Positions 34,398-43,913 of a DNA stretch of 51,381 nucleotides are shown here, piece by piece. A program made the translations under genes and the position numbers. Every line of letters begins with the position of its first letter. Position 1 is the first letter of the stretch. The notes beneath the pieces were generated by a model. The model worked only from the letters and a program-made list of their open reading frames with translations. It did not search any database and was not told the DNA's origin. Source of the stretch: a virus. The stretch spans positions 1 to 51,381 of IMG/VR virus record IMGVR_UViG_3300045988_079259; one strand, written 5' to 3'.

Positions 34398-35188
34398 AGT
34401 GTCTGGCAAAGAAAACGCAGTACCAAAAGGCGGAAAGCGCACTCACTGCGGAATACGGAATGTGGCTTCTCGAATACGTTGACGTTGCTTTCGGCGTAAC
34501 GCTTGCCGAGAGCTACGGCTTCCGCGAGAAGCGACTGCAAAGGTTTTACGACGGCAACCGTAACGGACTTTGCGAAATGGTGAACGCCAATATGCCGACA
34601 ACGATGTTTGTTGACAAAGGCAAGGGCAGACGCAAGGGAGACAGCTCCGACCTCATTGACGATGGCGTAGACACGACGGAGTACATGATAAAGAGAGAAC
34701 TCCGAAGCATAGGCTTCTTCGACTGCGATTTTGAAGCACTGTCGCCGGAGAACCGCTACGACAAGAACGCGCACCACACAAAGCTGGATGTCATGTCGCA
34801 CAACGTGAGAACCGCATGGTACGAAGCGAACGCAAGACGCGCTGTAAGGCTCTACGCGGCGTACACGCTGATTTATATGCACGACACCTACAACTACGGC
34901 GCGGAGAGATTGAACCGTCTGTACGCGCTTGTCGCACCTCAGATAAAGTCCTACGTCGAACGCTTCTTAATAGGCAACCGCCGCGTCGACAGAGAGCTGC
35001 ATGAGGAACTGGACGAGATGCACGAGAAGCTTGAGAAATGCGGACTGCACCTTGAAGAGGTTGTGAAGGAAGACGCGGTAGCGGTAAGCCGAAGAGAACC
35101 GCCGAAAGAACCAAAGAACCCGCCGATACACCTTGACATAGGCGAATACGAAAAAATCATGAAAGAAGTTGCCCGAGTGGCGTTATAA
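34394..35188 (+). CDS. hypothetical protein
   Basis: 264-aa ORF, ATGA-coupled. Has an internal duplication (YGFREKRLQRFYDG / YNYGAERLNRLYAL). Confidence 0.6.
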   Translation: MKCLAKKTQYQKAESALTAEYGMWLLEYVDVAFGVTLAESYGFREKRLQRFYDGNRNGLCEMVNANMPTTMFVDKGKGRRKGDSSDLIDDGVDTTEYMIKRELRSIGFFDCDFEALSPENRYDKNAHHTKLDVMSHNVRTAWYEANARRAVRLYAAYTLIYMHDTYNYGAERLNRLYALVAPQIKSYVERFLIGNRRVDRELHEELDEMHEKLEKCGLHLEEVVKEDAVAVSRREPPKEPKNPPIHLDIGEYEKIMKEVARVAL

Positions 35189-35203
35189 GGAGGATAAACA
35201 AAC

Positions 35204-35848
35204 ATGAAAGATTGCGAAAAATGCGAATACTGTGAAGGGTTTGACTATTACGACGGTACGCCGAATTGCACTTGCAAGGGTGGCGCAAGCAGTTGTCCGT
35301 ACAACGACAGCGGAGATATAAGCAAGGACAAATTTAAAATCACGCTCGACATTCCGGATGTTAACGATTATATCAAGCACACCGTAGAAAACACCGTGGA
35401 ACGCGCGATATATAGCATTATCGACAAATATGTGAGAGAAACAGTGCGGACAGAAATAGAGCAAGCAGCTAAAGTGTACGTTGAGAAATCGCTCGAAAAA
35501 GCCGTTGACGATGAAATAAAAGCCTATATGCAGGAAGACATAACCATAGGCGACAGCTGGAGTTCATCCAAGAGAACGCTAAGCAGGAACGACTACCTCA
35601 GCGAATGCACCGCTAAAGCTGTGGAATCAGGACTGAGTTCGAAAAAGATAGCCCAGACCGTCACCGATTACTGCGAAACTACAATAAACAAATTTGCGAG
35701 AGACCTTAAAGAAGAAGTAAATTTCAAAATAAAGGACAAGTTTGACGAAACGACAAGGAAAGCACTGTCGGATAATGTTGTAACAATGCTGATGGCGGGT
35801 GACACATACAAAAAGCTTTCCGACAGCATGGGGAGGATTTTAGAATGA
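35204..35848 (+). CDS. hypothetical protein with a Cys-rich N-terminus
   Basis: 214-aa ORF with an AGGAGG-like RBS. Confidence 0.6.
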   Translation: MKDCEKCEYCEGFDYYDGTPNCTCKGGASSCPYNDSGDISKDKFKITLDIPDVNDYIKHTVENTVERAIYSIIDKYVRETVRTEIEQAAKVYVEKSLEKAVDDEIKAYMQEDITIGDSWSSSKRTLSRNDYLSECTAKAVESGLSSKKIAQTVTDYCETTINKFARDLKEEVNFKIKDKFDETTRKALSDNVVTMLMAGDTYKKLSDSMGRILE

Positions 35849-36255
35849 ACTTCAAACTTAAGGCAGGAGCGTTCGCACCGATAAGAGCGCACAAGCAGGA
35901 CGCGGGAGTAGACCTTCTTTCCCCCGTCACGGTCACGATTTACCCGGGAGACAGCGCGGTAATTGATACGGGCGTTTGTGCGGAGATTCCCTGCGGCTAC
36001 TGCGGGCAGATATGGTCAAAGAGCGGACTGAACGTCAACCACGGCATTCTCTCGACAGGAATGGTGGACAGCGGTTACGGCGGCAGTATCAAGATAAAAC
36101 TCTGCAACCACTCCCACGAGGTGTACACGGTAAATCGCGGAGACAAGATATCACAGCTTGTGGTAACAGCCTGCGACACAAGCGACGTAGTCATAGTAGA
36201 CGAGATAGCAAGCGGAGAGCGCGGAGAAGACGGCTTCGGCAGCACAGGAAGATAA
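35845..36255 (+). CDS. dut: dUTP diphosphatase
   Basis: 136 aa with AGVDL, GMVDSGYGG and RGEDGFGSTG motifs of trimeric dUTPases. Confidence 0.85.
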   Translation: MNFKLKAGAFAPIRAHKQDAGVDLLSPVTVTIYPGDSAVIDTGVCAEIPCGYCGQIWSKSGLNVNHGILSTGMVDSGYGGSIKIKLCNHSHEVYTVNRGDKISQLVVTACDTSDVVIVDEIASGERGEDGFGSTGR

Positions 36256-36488
36256 CTGCAACGGAATAGATAAGCTGCGACACGATTAGCAACGGAAACG
36301 AATTGAGAAGAAACGCACCGCGCCGAAATGGAATCGAATGGACAGGCGGCGAAAGGCACAGCGACGGAAACGTATTGATATGATAGGCATAGAGCAGGAC
36401 CGCAACGGAAAAGCGAAGCACGGACAAGCGCGGAAACGGAAAAGCAAAAATACCGCGCCGGACGGAATCCGGCAGAAAGGATGAAAAT
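36256..36488 (+). repeat. purine-rich noncoding element, copy 2 (paralog of 25313..25547)
   Basis: T-poor and has no ORF with an RBS. Six copies of ACGGAA, and shares 10-11-mers with copy 1. Confidence 0.6.
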
Positions 36489-36772
36489 ATGAAAATCGAC
36501 ACAAATAAGTATTATATCGTAAGAGGAGACCGCTCCGGTGTATTCTTCGGCAGAATCAATTATCAAGATGGCAAGGAGGTACAGATGAACGATGCGCGTT
36601 GCATCTGGTATTGGGATGGCGCGGCGTCAATCATGGAACTTGCAATAAGCGGCACAAAAAAGCCAAACAATTGCAAGTTCACCGTGAGGGTGGAGGAATT
36701 AACAATCACCGATGCGATAGAGATAATACCTTGCTCAGATGAAGCGACGGCTATAATTAAGGCGGTGAAAGA

Positions 36773-36785
<13 letters not shown>
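36489..36785 (+). CDS. hypothetical protein
   Basis: 98-aa ORF with an AAAGGA RBS. Confidence 0.6.
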
Positions 36786-37504
<719 letters not shown>

Positions 37505-37510
37505 ACAGTA

Positions 37511-38110
37511 ATGGCAAAGTTTAAAGTTGGGGATAGAGTCAAGATAGTTCGTAATGATTATCTGAATTGCGAAATCGGAGACACAGGAACGATAATGGCA
37601 TATAACAGCGGCGCAGGTTATGCCGTGGAGTTTGACATCCCACGCCCTTATTATCATGGTTGCCGTGGGTTAACAACGCCCGGCCACGGTCAATGGGCAT
37701 TGGAGGAAAATATCGAACTCATAGAACCAATCAAAGACAAACCAACCCGTGAATTTAAGTTGATTATCACATCATCCGGCGACACAACCACGGCAAAGCT
37801 GATACACGGTGAAAGAACTGTAGTAAAAGAAGCAACCGTGACAAGATACAGCAAAGACGAATACAGCGAGAAAGCCGCCGTTGAAGCTGTTGTGAAGAAG
37901 ATTTTCGGCGAGGACGAGAAAAAGAACGAAGCAAACAAGCCGTACACTGGCAAGGCTGTGTGGATATGCGACAACGAGAGCGTTTATACAAAAGGCAAAA
38001 TATATGAATTTGTTGACGGCAAATTCAAACACGATTTAGGATTTACAGTTGTCGGATACACCCTCGAAAAAATGAAACGGCTCGGCTGCTTTCTCCCGAT
38101 AGTGGAATGA
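37511..38110 (+). CDS. hypothetical protein
   Basis: 199-aa ORF. Confidence 0.6.
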   Translation: MAKFKVGDRVKIVRNDYLNCEIGDTGTIMAYNSGAGYAVEFDIPRPYYHGCRGLTTPGHGQWALEENIELIEPIKDKPTREFKLIITSSGDTTTAKLIHGERTVVKEATVTRYSKDEYSEKAAVEAVVKKIFGEDEKKNEANKPYTGKAVWICDNESVYTKGKIYEFVDGKFKHDLGFTVVGYTLEKMKRLGCFLPIVE

Positions 38111-38199
38111 TGGAGGAAGAATGAAATGTCGATGAGAGATTACGATGACCTCAAAGATATAGAGATTCCACGGGGACAAGAGATGATAATGGATATCAG

Positions 38200-38694
38200 A
38201 TGAGTTACAAACGCTACTGGGAGCAAAACAAGGCTCGCCGACCATTCCCACCATTATATGAAGCCGCAAAAGCATACGGGAACGAGATATATTATCCAAC
38301 ACCCGAATATGTCAAATCAGGCTCATGCAGATGGTGTGGGAATCCGATTACAAACAAGCGCAGGAAATCATTTTGCTGTGATGAATGCCGAGATGAATTT
38401 GAACGAATGACAGTGTGGAATCGTGGCAGAGACGCATATTCTTTGCGGATTCTATACCGCGACAATTTCACTTGTCAGGACTGCGGAGAATTTCACGCTT
38501 TCAAAAACGAATACGGAATCTACATACCGATAGATGACGGAAAACTAAACGTACATCATATAGTGCCTGTATCAGAAGGCGGCGGGGATGAACCGACAAA
38601 CCTTATTACACTGTGTGTTAGTTGCCACTTAAAACGGCATGGACGAAAGAATCATGAGAAAGAATGCGACGAAAGTGATGCTCGAACATATTAA
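38200..38694 (+). CDS. HNH endonuclease
   Basis: 164 aa with CQDCGE...LNVHHIVPVSEGGGDEPTNLITLCVSCHLKRH. Confidence 0.85.
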   Translation: MSYKRYWEQNKARRPFPPLYEAAKAYGNEIYYPTPEYVKSGSCRWCGNPITNKRRKSFCCDECRDEFERMTVWNRGRDAYSLRILYRDNFTCQDCGEFHAFKNEYGIYIPIDDGKLNVHHIVPVSEGGGDEPTNLITLCVSCHLKRHGRKNHEKECDESDARTY

Positions 38695-38789
38695 AAAAGG
38701 TGAAATTATATGACATTAATCGAATTACAGAAAAAGTTGGGTGAGCAAATAGAACTTTTGACGGACGAGTATGTGTACAAGGAGGAAGA

Positions 38790-39044
38790 ATGAAGATATA
38801 TAAAAACCCGTGGGTGAGCCGCCCTCACTATTTTGTGCCGACTGGACCAGCTCGCTCCGCAAAAATGGAATCTGCCAAGTGCAATGGAATAACCGTAACG
38901 CTTTGGAACGGAGAATGGATGCTGGAAAAATCTCAAATGTATGTAAAAAGTCTCGACAAAATGCCAGTTGTCGGAGAGATTAGCAAAGCAGAACTTGAAA
39001 GCACGGTGATTGCAAGCATATTAGGAAGGGCGGAGTTAGAATGA
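38790..39044 (+). CDS. hypothetical protein
   Basis: 84-aa ORF with a GGAGGAAG RBS. Confidence 0.55.
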   Translation: MKIYKNPWVSRPHYFVPTGPARSAKMESAKCNGITVTLWNGEWMLEKSQMYVKSLDKMPVVGEISKAELESTVIASILGRAELE

Positions 39045-39352
39045 CTGAATACGAAAGATTACATGAGCTGCTGTACAGGCTGCGCGAGATAATGCCGGAG
39101 ATAGGCGAAAATCCCGTTGCCGACGAGATGTACAACATGGTGTTTGAGTATGCCGAGAACACAGACGAAGACGTTGCAGAAGTAGTGAGATGCAAGGACT
39201 GTATCCATCACAGACAGCTTGACCGCAAAGACCGATACGAGGACAGCTTCATCGAGGGCTGCCTTTGGTGCATGCTGGGGCGAGGAGACGGCGTTATGCC
39301 TTGGCAATACTGCGACGATGGCAAAAGAAGAGAAAGCGAGGATGAAGAATGA
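39041..39352 (+). CDS. hypothetical protein
   Basis: 103-aa ORF, ATGA-coupled. Confidence 0.55.
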   Translation: MTEYERLHELLYRLREIMPEIGENPVADEMYNMVFEYAENTDEDVAEVVRCKDCIHHRQLDRKDRYEDSFIEGCLWCMLGRGDGVMPWQYCDDGKRRESEDEE

Positions 39353-39425
39353 ACAACGAAGATAATAACGTACACGCTCAATCGGCAGGCAAGATTGACT
39401 GCAAAGAAAGGATAGCACAAAACGA

Positions 39426-39890
39426 ATGCGATGCAAAATAAGCGATTGTTTTAATTGCCCATATCCCGACTGCATTAATGATTCGTTTTATGATTATAAG
39501 CTGTCGGACAAGCAAAAAGCACGTCACAACGAACTGGCACTCGGACGTCTTGAACAGCGTAGAGTAAACGGCATTTGCACCTATTGTGGAAAGAATCCCG
39601 CGGACAAAGGCTATAAAACTTGTGCAGAGTGCAGAAGAAAACTGACGCGGTATGCCCACAGTTATTGCAGGACGAAGAAAAACAGAACCGCACGAGAGAT
39701 TATGGACGGAATAAGCCTATGCAAAATGTGTGGAAAAAGACCGCCTATAGAGGGAAAGAAGCTGTGCGAAAAGTGCTATAAAATCTGTGCGAACAATCTA
39801 CCCGCCGAACGCGGCGGTAAGAAACTGAACAACGACTTTGCCAAAGAAATTGAAAATTATTATTTGAGGGACAGGAATGAAAAGAGATGA
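39426..39890 (+). CDS. Cys-rich (multi zinc-finger-like) protein
   Basis: 154 aa with repeated CxxC pairs (CTYCG...CAEC, CKMCG...CEKC). Confidence 0.55.
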   Translation: MRCKISDCFNCPYPDCINDSFYDYKLSDKQKARHNELALGRLEQRRVNGICTYCGKNPADKGYKTCAECRRKLTRYAHSYCRTKKNRTAREIMDGISLCKMCGKRPPIEGKKLCEKCYKICANNLPAERGGKKLNNDFAKEIENYYLRDRNEKR

Positions 39891-40152
39891 GATTATCACG
39901 CTCTTAAACGACGCGGCAAAGCGGTACAATCAAATGTACAATGAGCTTGCCGAAATGACAGGCACTTACGACACAAAAATGTGGCAGGAGCTGAGAGCCA
40001 TATCTGAAGCGCGGTATATTCTCTCACGCTTGCCGCAGGTCGTGAATTGCCCAGACTGCGGGAGAATGTACGATACCGATTATCTTCACTTCTGCGGAGG
40101 TGGAGAGCGTGTGGTGAATGGAGGTGGTACGCACGAAAACGGTAATGTTTAA
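39877..40152 (+). CDS. hypothetical protein
   Basis: 91-aa ORF containing a CPDCG motif. Confidence 0.5.
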   Translation: MKRDEIITLLNDAAKRYNQMYNELAEMTGTYDTKMWQELRAISEARYILSRLPQVVNCPDCGRMYDTDYLHFCGGGERVVNGGGTHENGNV

Positions 40153-40519
40153 AATCGACTACCCGCCGACCAAAGCCGGAAAGACAGCATGGAACAGACG
40201 CTACGGACTGAACGCATACTACGCGGGCAAGCATTGGGCGGTACGCAAAAAGGACGCGGAGTATTGGCACACAATAACCCGCGCCGCAGTCAAGGAGTGC
40301 ATTAAAAAGCCTGTGATGTTCGATAAACCAGTTGCGTTTACATATTGGTTCAACTCTCAATTAGATTTGTCAAATTGCAGCTCGTTTGTGAAACTCATAG
40401 AAGACGGTACGAAAGACTTGCTGATACACGACGATAGCCGCAAGTATGTGAAACAAATCAATATGCTGTGGCACAACGAAGACTATATTTTAGTAAAGAT
40501 ACAGGAGATAGACGCATGA
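40118..40519 (+). CDS. RusA-like Holliday junction resolvase
   Basis: 133 aa. The pattern N..Y..HW..R...W and LDLSNCSSFVKLIEDGTKDLLIHDDSRKYV is typical of the RusA family. Confidence 0.6.
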   Translation: MEVVRTKTVMFKIDYPPTKAGKTAWNRRYGLNAYYAGKHWAVRKKDAEYWHTITRAAVKECIKKPVMFDKPVAFTYWFNSQLDLSNCSSFVKLIEDGTKDLLIHDDSRKYVKQINMLWHNEDYILVKIQEIDA

Positions 40520-40854
40520 GCAAAGAAAACCGTGAAACAATCCTTAGCGAAGTAAAGAAGATAATCTGCGACGACCGCAACGAGCAGTACGGCGAGCCGG
40601 AAGACAGCTTTGAGAAAATAGCGGATTACTGGACAACGTATCTCAAGCACAATTGCGTTGCACCCGGCGCGGACTGTGATTTAGGAGCGCGAGACGTAGC
40701 TATATTGATGGTGCTGTTCAAGCTCGGTCGAATGGAGACAAGCTTTTTCTGGAGCTACGACAGCTTTATAGACGCTATAGGCTATATGGCTTGCGCAACG
40801 GATATCGAATACCCGAAATTGACAAACTGGGAGAAAACCAATGCAGATAATTAA
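40516..40854 (+). CDS. hypothetical protein (conserved phage family with an NEQYGEPEDSF motif)
   Basis: 112 aa from ATG 40516 (ATGA coupling). Confidence 0.55.
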   Translation: MSKENRETILSEVKKIICDDRNEQYGEPEDSFEKIADYWTTYLKHNCVAPGADCDLGARDVAILMVLFKLGRMETSFFWSYDSFIDAIGYMACATDIEYPKLTNWEKTNADN

Positions 40855-41029
40855 AATAATCGTCGCAATACTGCTGTATTTGTGCGCTATACTTATTTAC
40901 GGCGCAGTTGAAGTTCTAAGGGCAAAAGGCGTGAAGAGCGCAAAAAACGCGAAACCAAGAACACTGTTTGTGATTTACGCTTTTGTTGCGTTGCAAGTCA
41001 TAGCCGCTACATTACTGCTGAGAATGTAG
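40841..41029 (+). CDS. small membrane protein (2 TM)
   Basis: 62-aa hydrophobic ORF upstream of the SPFH gene. Confidence 0.5.
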   Translation: MQIIKIIVAILLYLCAILIYGAVEVLRAKGVKSAKNAKPRTLFVIYAFVALQVIAATLLLRM

Positions 41030-41039
41030 GAGATAAATT

Positions 41040-41159
41040 ATGCCAATAAGAGGAATTATCGTCATAATTATAGTCGCAGTTTCTCTCGGTTTGTTCGAGG
41101 GAGAAAACATAATAAACTTTTTCAAAAACTTAAACGATAAAGGAGATAACGAAAAATGA
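41040..41159 (+). CDS. small membrane protein (1 TM)
   Basis: 39 aa (MPIRGIIVIIIVAVSLGLFEGENIINFFKNLNDKGDNEK). AGGAG RBS; ATGA-coupled to the SPFH gene. Not in the track (below 60 aa). Confidence 0.45.
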   Translation: MPIRGIIVIIIVAVSLGLFEGENIINFFKNLNDKGDNEK

Positions 41160-42202
41160 AACAGATTATAGGTGTAATAGTTACTGTATGCGTAGCAGTT
41201 GCTTGTATAGTCGGCTACGCAGTAACACATGAAACCATCCCCGCCGGATATGTCGGCTACGTCTACGACAGAACGGCAACCGCAGAAGATAACGTAATCC
41301 CCGGCACATCGGTTCTCAATACCGAGCGTACAGGCAGAATCTCAATTAACCCCTTTACACAAGAGGTCATTACATATCCAACAACAATCGTCTCAAAGAA
41401 CTGGACAAACATCGGCGAGGGCGACAATAAGAAAGATATGTCAATGCAGATAGCATCTCAGGAAGGTAAGAATATCGACGCGGATATCTATATAAGCGTT
41501 CGTCCGATAGATATCGAAAAAATTATAAAATCGTTCGGTACAAAGTCGTTTGATTCAATTATCGACAACGACATCTACGGTCTTACAAAAGGTAAGCTGT
41601 CAACCGTAACTCAGAACTATTCCGTTTACGATGTACAGGCAAGCCGAAGCGATATCCAGAATCAGGTTTTTGAAGTCCTTAGTAAGAATCTTGTCGAAAC
41701 CTACGGTGTAGAGCTTGTCAGACTTGAAATCGGCACTCTGATTCTCCCGACAGATATAGCGGAAAAAATTGACAGAAAGACAGAAGCGCAGAACGAAGTC
41801 GAACTTGCAAAGCTTGAAAGAGATAAGCAGGACGAAATCAATCAGCAGATAGTCGACGCGCAGAAAGCTCAGTCCGAAAAGGAACTTCTTCAGCGGCAGA
41901 CAGAAGCGGACGCAAAAGCCTACGAAATCACGAGAGAAGCAGAAGCCAACTTAGCCGCACAGGAAGCAGAACTTAAAATAGCAGCTTCAAAGGTTGAACA
42001 GGCGAAGCTCGAAAAGGAAGCCGAACTCGAAAAACAGAAATCCTTTACAGATGAATACTTCCGCGATAAGGAACTTGACGTTCAGAAAGAAGCAGTAAAG
42101 GCAATTAATGGTTCAGTTAAAACGATTATCACATCAGGTGACGGCGAAGGTTACGGAGCATTGTTCGGAATTAAAGAAGTGTTGAACAACATTGAAGAGT
42201 AA
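41156..42202 (+). CDS. SPFH/band-7 (prohibitin/flotillin-like) domain membrane protein
   Basis: 348 aa. N-terminal TM helix, a PAGYVGYVYDR...SVRP...VELVRLEIGTLILP core, then a long Ala/Glu/Lys coiled-coil. Confidence 0.7.
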   Translation: MKQIIGVIVTVCVAVACIVGYAVTHETIPAGYVGYVYDRTATAEDNVIPGTSVLNTERTGRISINPFTQEVITYPTTIVSKNWTNIGEGDNKKDMSMQIASQEGKNIDADIYISVRPIDIEKIIKSFGTKSFDSIIDNDIYGLTKGKLSTVTQNYSVYDVQASRSDIQNQVFEVLSKNLVETYGVELVRLEIGTLILPTDIAEKIDRKTEAQNEVELAKLERDKQDEINQQIVDAQKAQSEKELLQRQTEADAKAYEITREAEANLAAQEAELKIAASKVEQAKLEKEAELEKQKSFTDEYFRDKELDVQKEAVKAINGSVKTIITSGDGEGYGALFGIKEVLNNIEE

Positions 42203-42230
42203 AGTCGAAATTGAAAGGAAGTGTTGACTT

Positions 42231-42692
42231 ATCGCAAACTTTAACTTTAACCGCGTTATCCTCGGAGGACGTTTGACGGCAGACCCCGAGCTGAAAACCA
42301 CACCGTCCGGAATTTCCGTAACATCATTTACCGTTGCGGTCAACAGACGTTACTCCGGCAAAGACGGAGAGGAAACTAAAGCGGACTTCTTCTGCGTTAC
42401 CGCATGGAGACAGACAGCTGAATTCATCACGCGCTATTTCAGAAAAGCAAGCTCCATCTGCGTAGTCGGAACTCTTCAGACAAGAACATGGACAGACCAG
42501 CAGGGACAGAAGCGTTTTGCTACAGACATTGTCGCTGACGAAGCACATTTTGTTGACGCGAAGTCGGAAATGCCGCAAGCCGCTCCGCAGTCAAGCTACA
42601 TCCCCGACGCATACACCCAACCGAAAACAGCTGCCACCACACCTGTATTCGAGGACATAAACCCCGATTCGGAAGAACTGCCTTTTAATTGA
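42231..42692 (+). CDS. ssb: single-stranded DNA-binding protein (probable non-canonical ATC start)
   Basis: The OB-fold N-terminus NRVILGGRLTADPELKTTPSG lies upstream of the first canonical start (TTG 42273). The frame opens after TGA 42225..42227. AAAGGAAG sits 9 nt before ATC 42231. The acidic tail DSEELPF is present. Confidence 0.7.
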   Translation: MANFNFNRVILGGRLTADPELKTTPSGISVTSFTVAVNRRYSGKDGEETKADFFCVTAWRQTAEFITRYFRKASSICVVGTLQTRTWTDQQGQKRFATDIVADEAHFVDAKSEMPQAAPQSSYIPDAYTQPKTAATTPVFEDINPDSEELPFN

Positions 42693-43108
42693 GGGTTACG
42701 TCTCCCATACAAAAGACGAGAAAAGCAAGGTAAAAACTTATGGGGTATAACGGCAAAGGTATAAAGTGGAACGACGAAATTGTCAAAATGAACTGAAGAA
42801 AGTTATGACGGCGCTCGGGATTTCAAGAATGCCAACATCCAACGAGTGTAACTTAGTATATGGAAGTAAAGCACTGTCTCAAAGAATTACCAAGAGAAAA
42901 GGTGGATGGTGGTGATTAGCTAAAGAAATGAATTTAGATATAAAAGCCAAGCCAAACACTAACAGGGAAAAAAGGCAAAGAATATAGTGATTCACAATAC
43001 GCAAATAAGCATAGGCGAAATCAGTAGTGTTTATCATCAGTATATAGACAAATGGGATTACATCGTTTCCCTTTCCGACTACTGGAAACGTATATAAGCG
43101 AGGTGCAT

Positions 43109-43297
43109 ATGAAAGAACTGCCAACGATAGAACAGATGCAAAAACTATTCCCCGACTATCCGTGCGGACGCGGAAAATGCAAATATCAAGGAAATCAGCT
43201 TTTCAGAGCACGTCGTTGTTCAAATGTTGATTGCCCGGAATTTAAAGCATGGTTCGTAAAACACTGGGCTAAAATTTGTGGAAGAAAAGCCGAATAA
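43109..43297 (+). CDS. small Cys-rich protein
   Basis: 62 aa from ATG 43109 (GAGGTG RBS). Contains CGRGKC...CSNVDCPEF. Confidence 0.5.
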   Translation: MKELPTIEQMQKLFPDYPCGRGKCKYQGNQLFRARRCSNVDCPEFKAWFVKHWAKICGRKAE

Positions 43298-43299
43298 AA

Positions 43300-43340
43300 A
43301 AAGAGAGCAAGGAATCGCTTCCCTGCTCTTTTCTATTTTG
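43300..43340. terminator. bidirectional rho-independent terminator
   Basis: agagcaaggaa-tcgc-ttccctgctcttttctatttt. Near-copy of the 28083 terminator. Confidence 0.7.
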
Positions 43341-43497
43341 CGTGTCTTGCAATGCTTAGTACGGCTTTCTCCGAAAGTCCCGCTGTTCTGTCGGTCGCTG
43401 TGGCGAGAACTGTTACAAGTCGCACAATCAGCTTTAGCCGTTCCTCGGAGTAGCTTTGTAGTATCTCGGCTATCTCGGTTATAATTTGTTCCTTCAT
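43333..43497 (-). CDS. hypothetical small helical protein (54 aa)
   Basis: MKEQIITEIAEILQSYSEERLKLIVRLVTVLATATDRTAGLSEKAVLSIARHAK. RBS context AAAGAAGGGA. Not in the track (below 60 aa). Confidence 0.45.
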   Translation of the reverse strand: MKEQIITEIAEILQSYSEERLKLIVRLVTVLATATDRTAGLSEKAVLSIARHAK

Positions 43498-43579
43498 TTT
43501 GCACTTCCCTTCTTTATTCTGCTGTCGATTATATCACACGAACGCTTGTTTGTAAATAGCTTTTGTGAAGAAAATGTGT

Positions 43580-43696
43580 TTACTTGAGAAGTTTTTTATT
43601 TTTCTCGAGAAGTTTCGCGAAGCGCAAAAGAAGGATTATGCCTTTGTCGTTTAGTTTGCTTACGATATTTGCTAACTCAAATCTGCAATGCTTCAT
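43580..43696 (-). CDS. hypothetical small helical protein (38 aa), paralog-like of 43333..43497
   Basis: MKHCRFELANIVSKLNDKGIILLLRFAKLLEKNKKLLK. Has the same AAAGAAGGGA RBS context. Confidence 0.4.
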   Translation of the reverse strand: MKHCRFELANIVSKLNDKGIILLLRFAKLLEKNKKLLK

Positions 43697-43879
43697 CTGT
43701 CTGTCCCTTCTTTGTTGGAAATATTTTCTAATTCAAGTGTAACATGCTATTCGAGAGAAGGCAATAGCCGAGTTTAATATTCCATATTAAAATCAGATAC
43801 AAAAATATACTGGTTTTACATTCGACAAATTTATGCACTTATCGGCGCACATTCAATGTTGACAAACATTTAACAACGT

Positions 43880-43913
43880 AAAAGAGCACCCCCATCCAGA
43901 AGAGTGCTCTTTT
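43880..43913. terminator. bidirectional rho-independent terminator
   Basis: aaaagagcac-ccccatccagaaga-gtgctctttt (10-bp stem, U-runs in both directions). Confidence 0.7.

Noticed and set aside
38126-38203. 25-codon ORF (MSMRDYDDLKDIEIPRGQEMIMDIR) and similar mini-ORFs at 38710..38793 and 39349..39441
   Set aside because: They have plausible RBS or ATGA coupling, but they are too short to support from sequence alone and are left unannotated.
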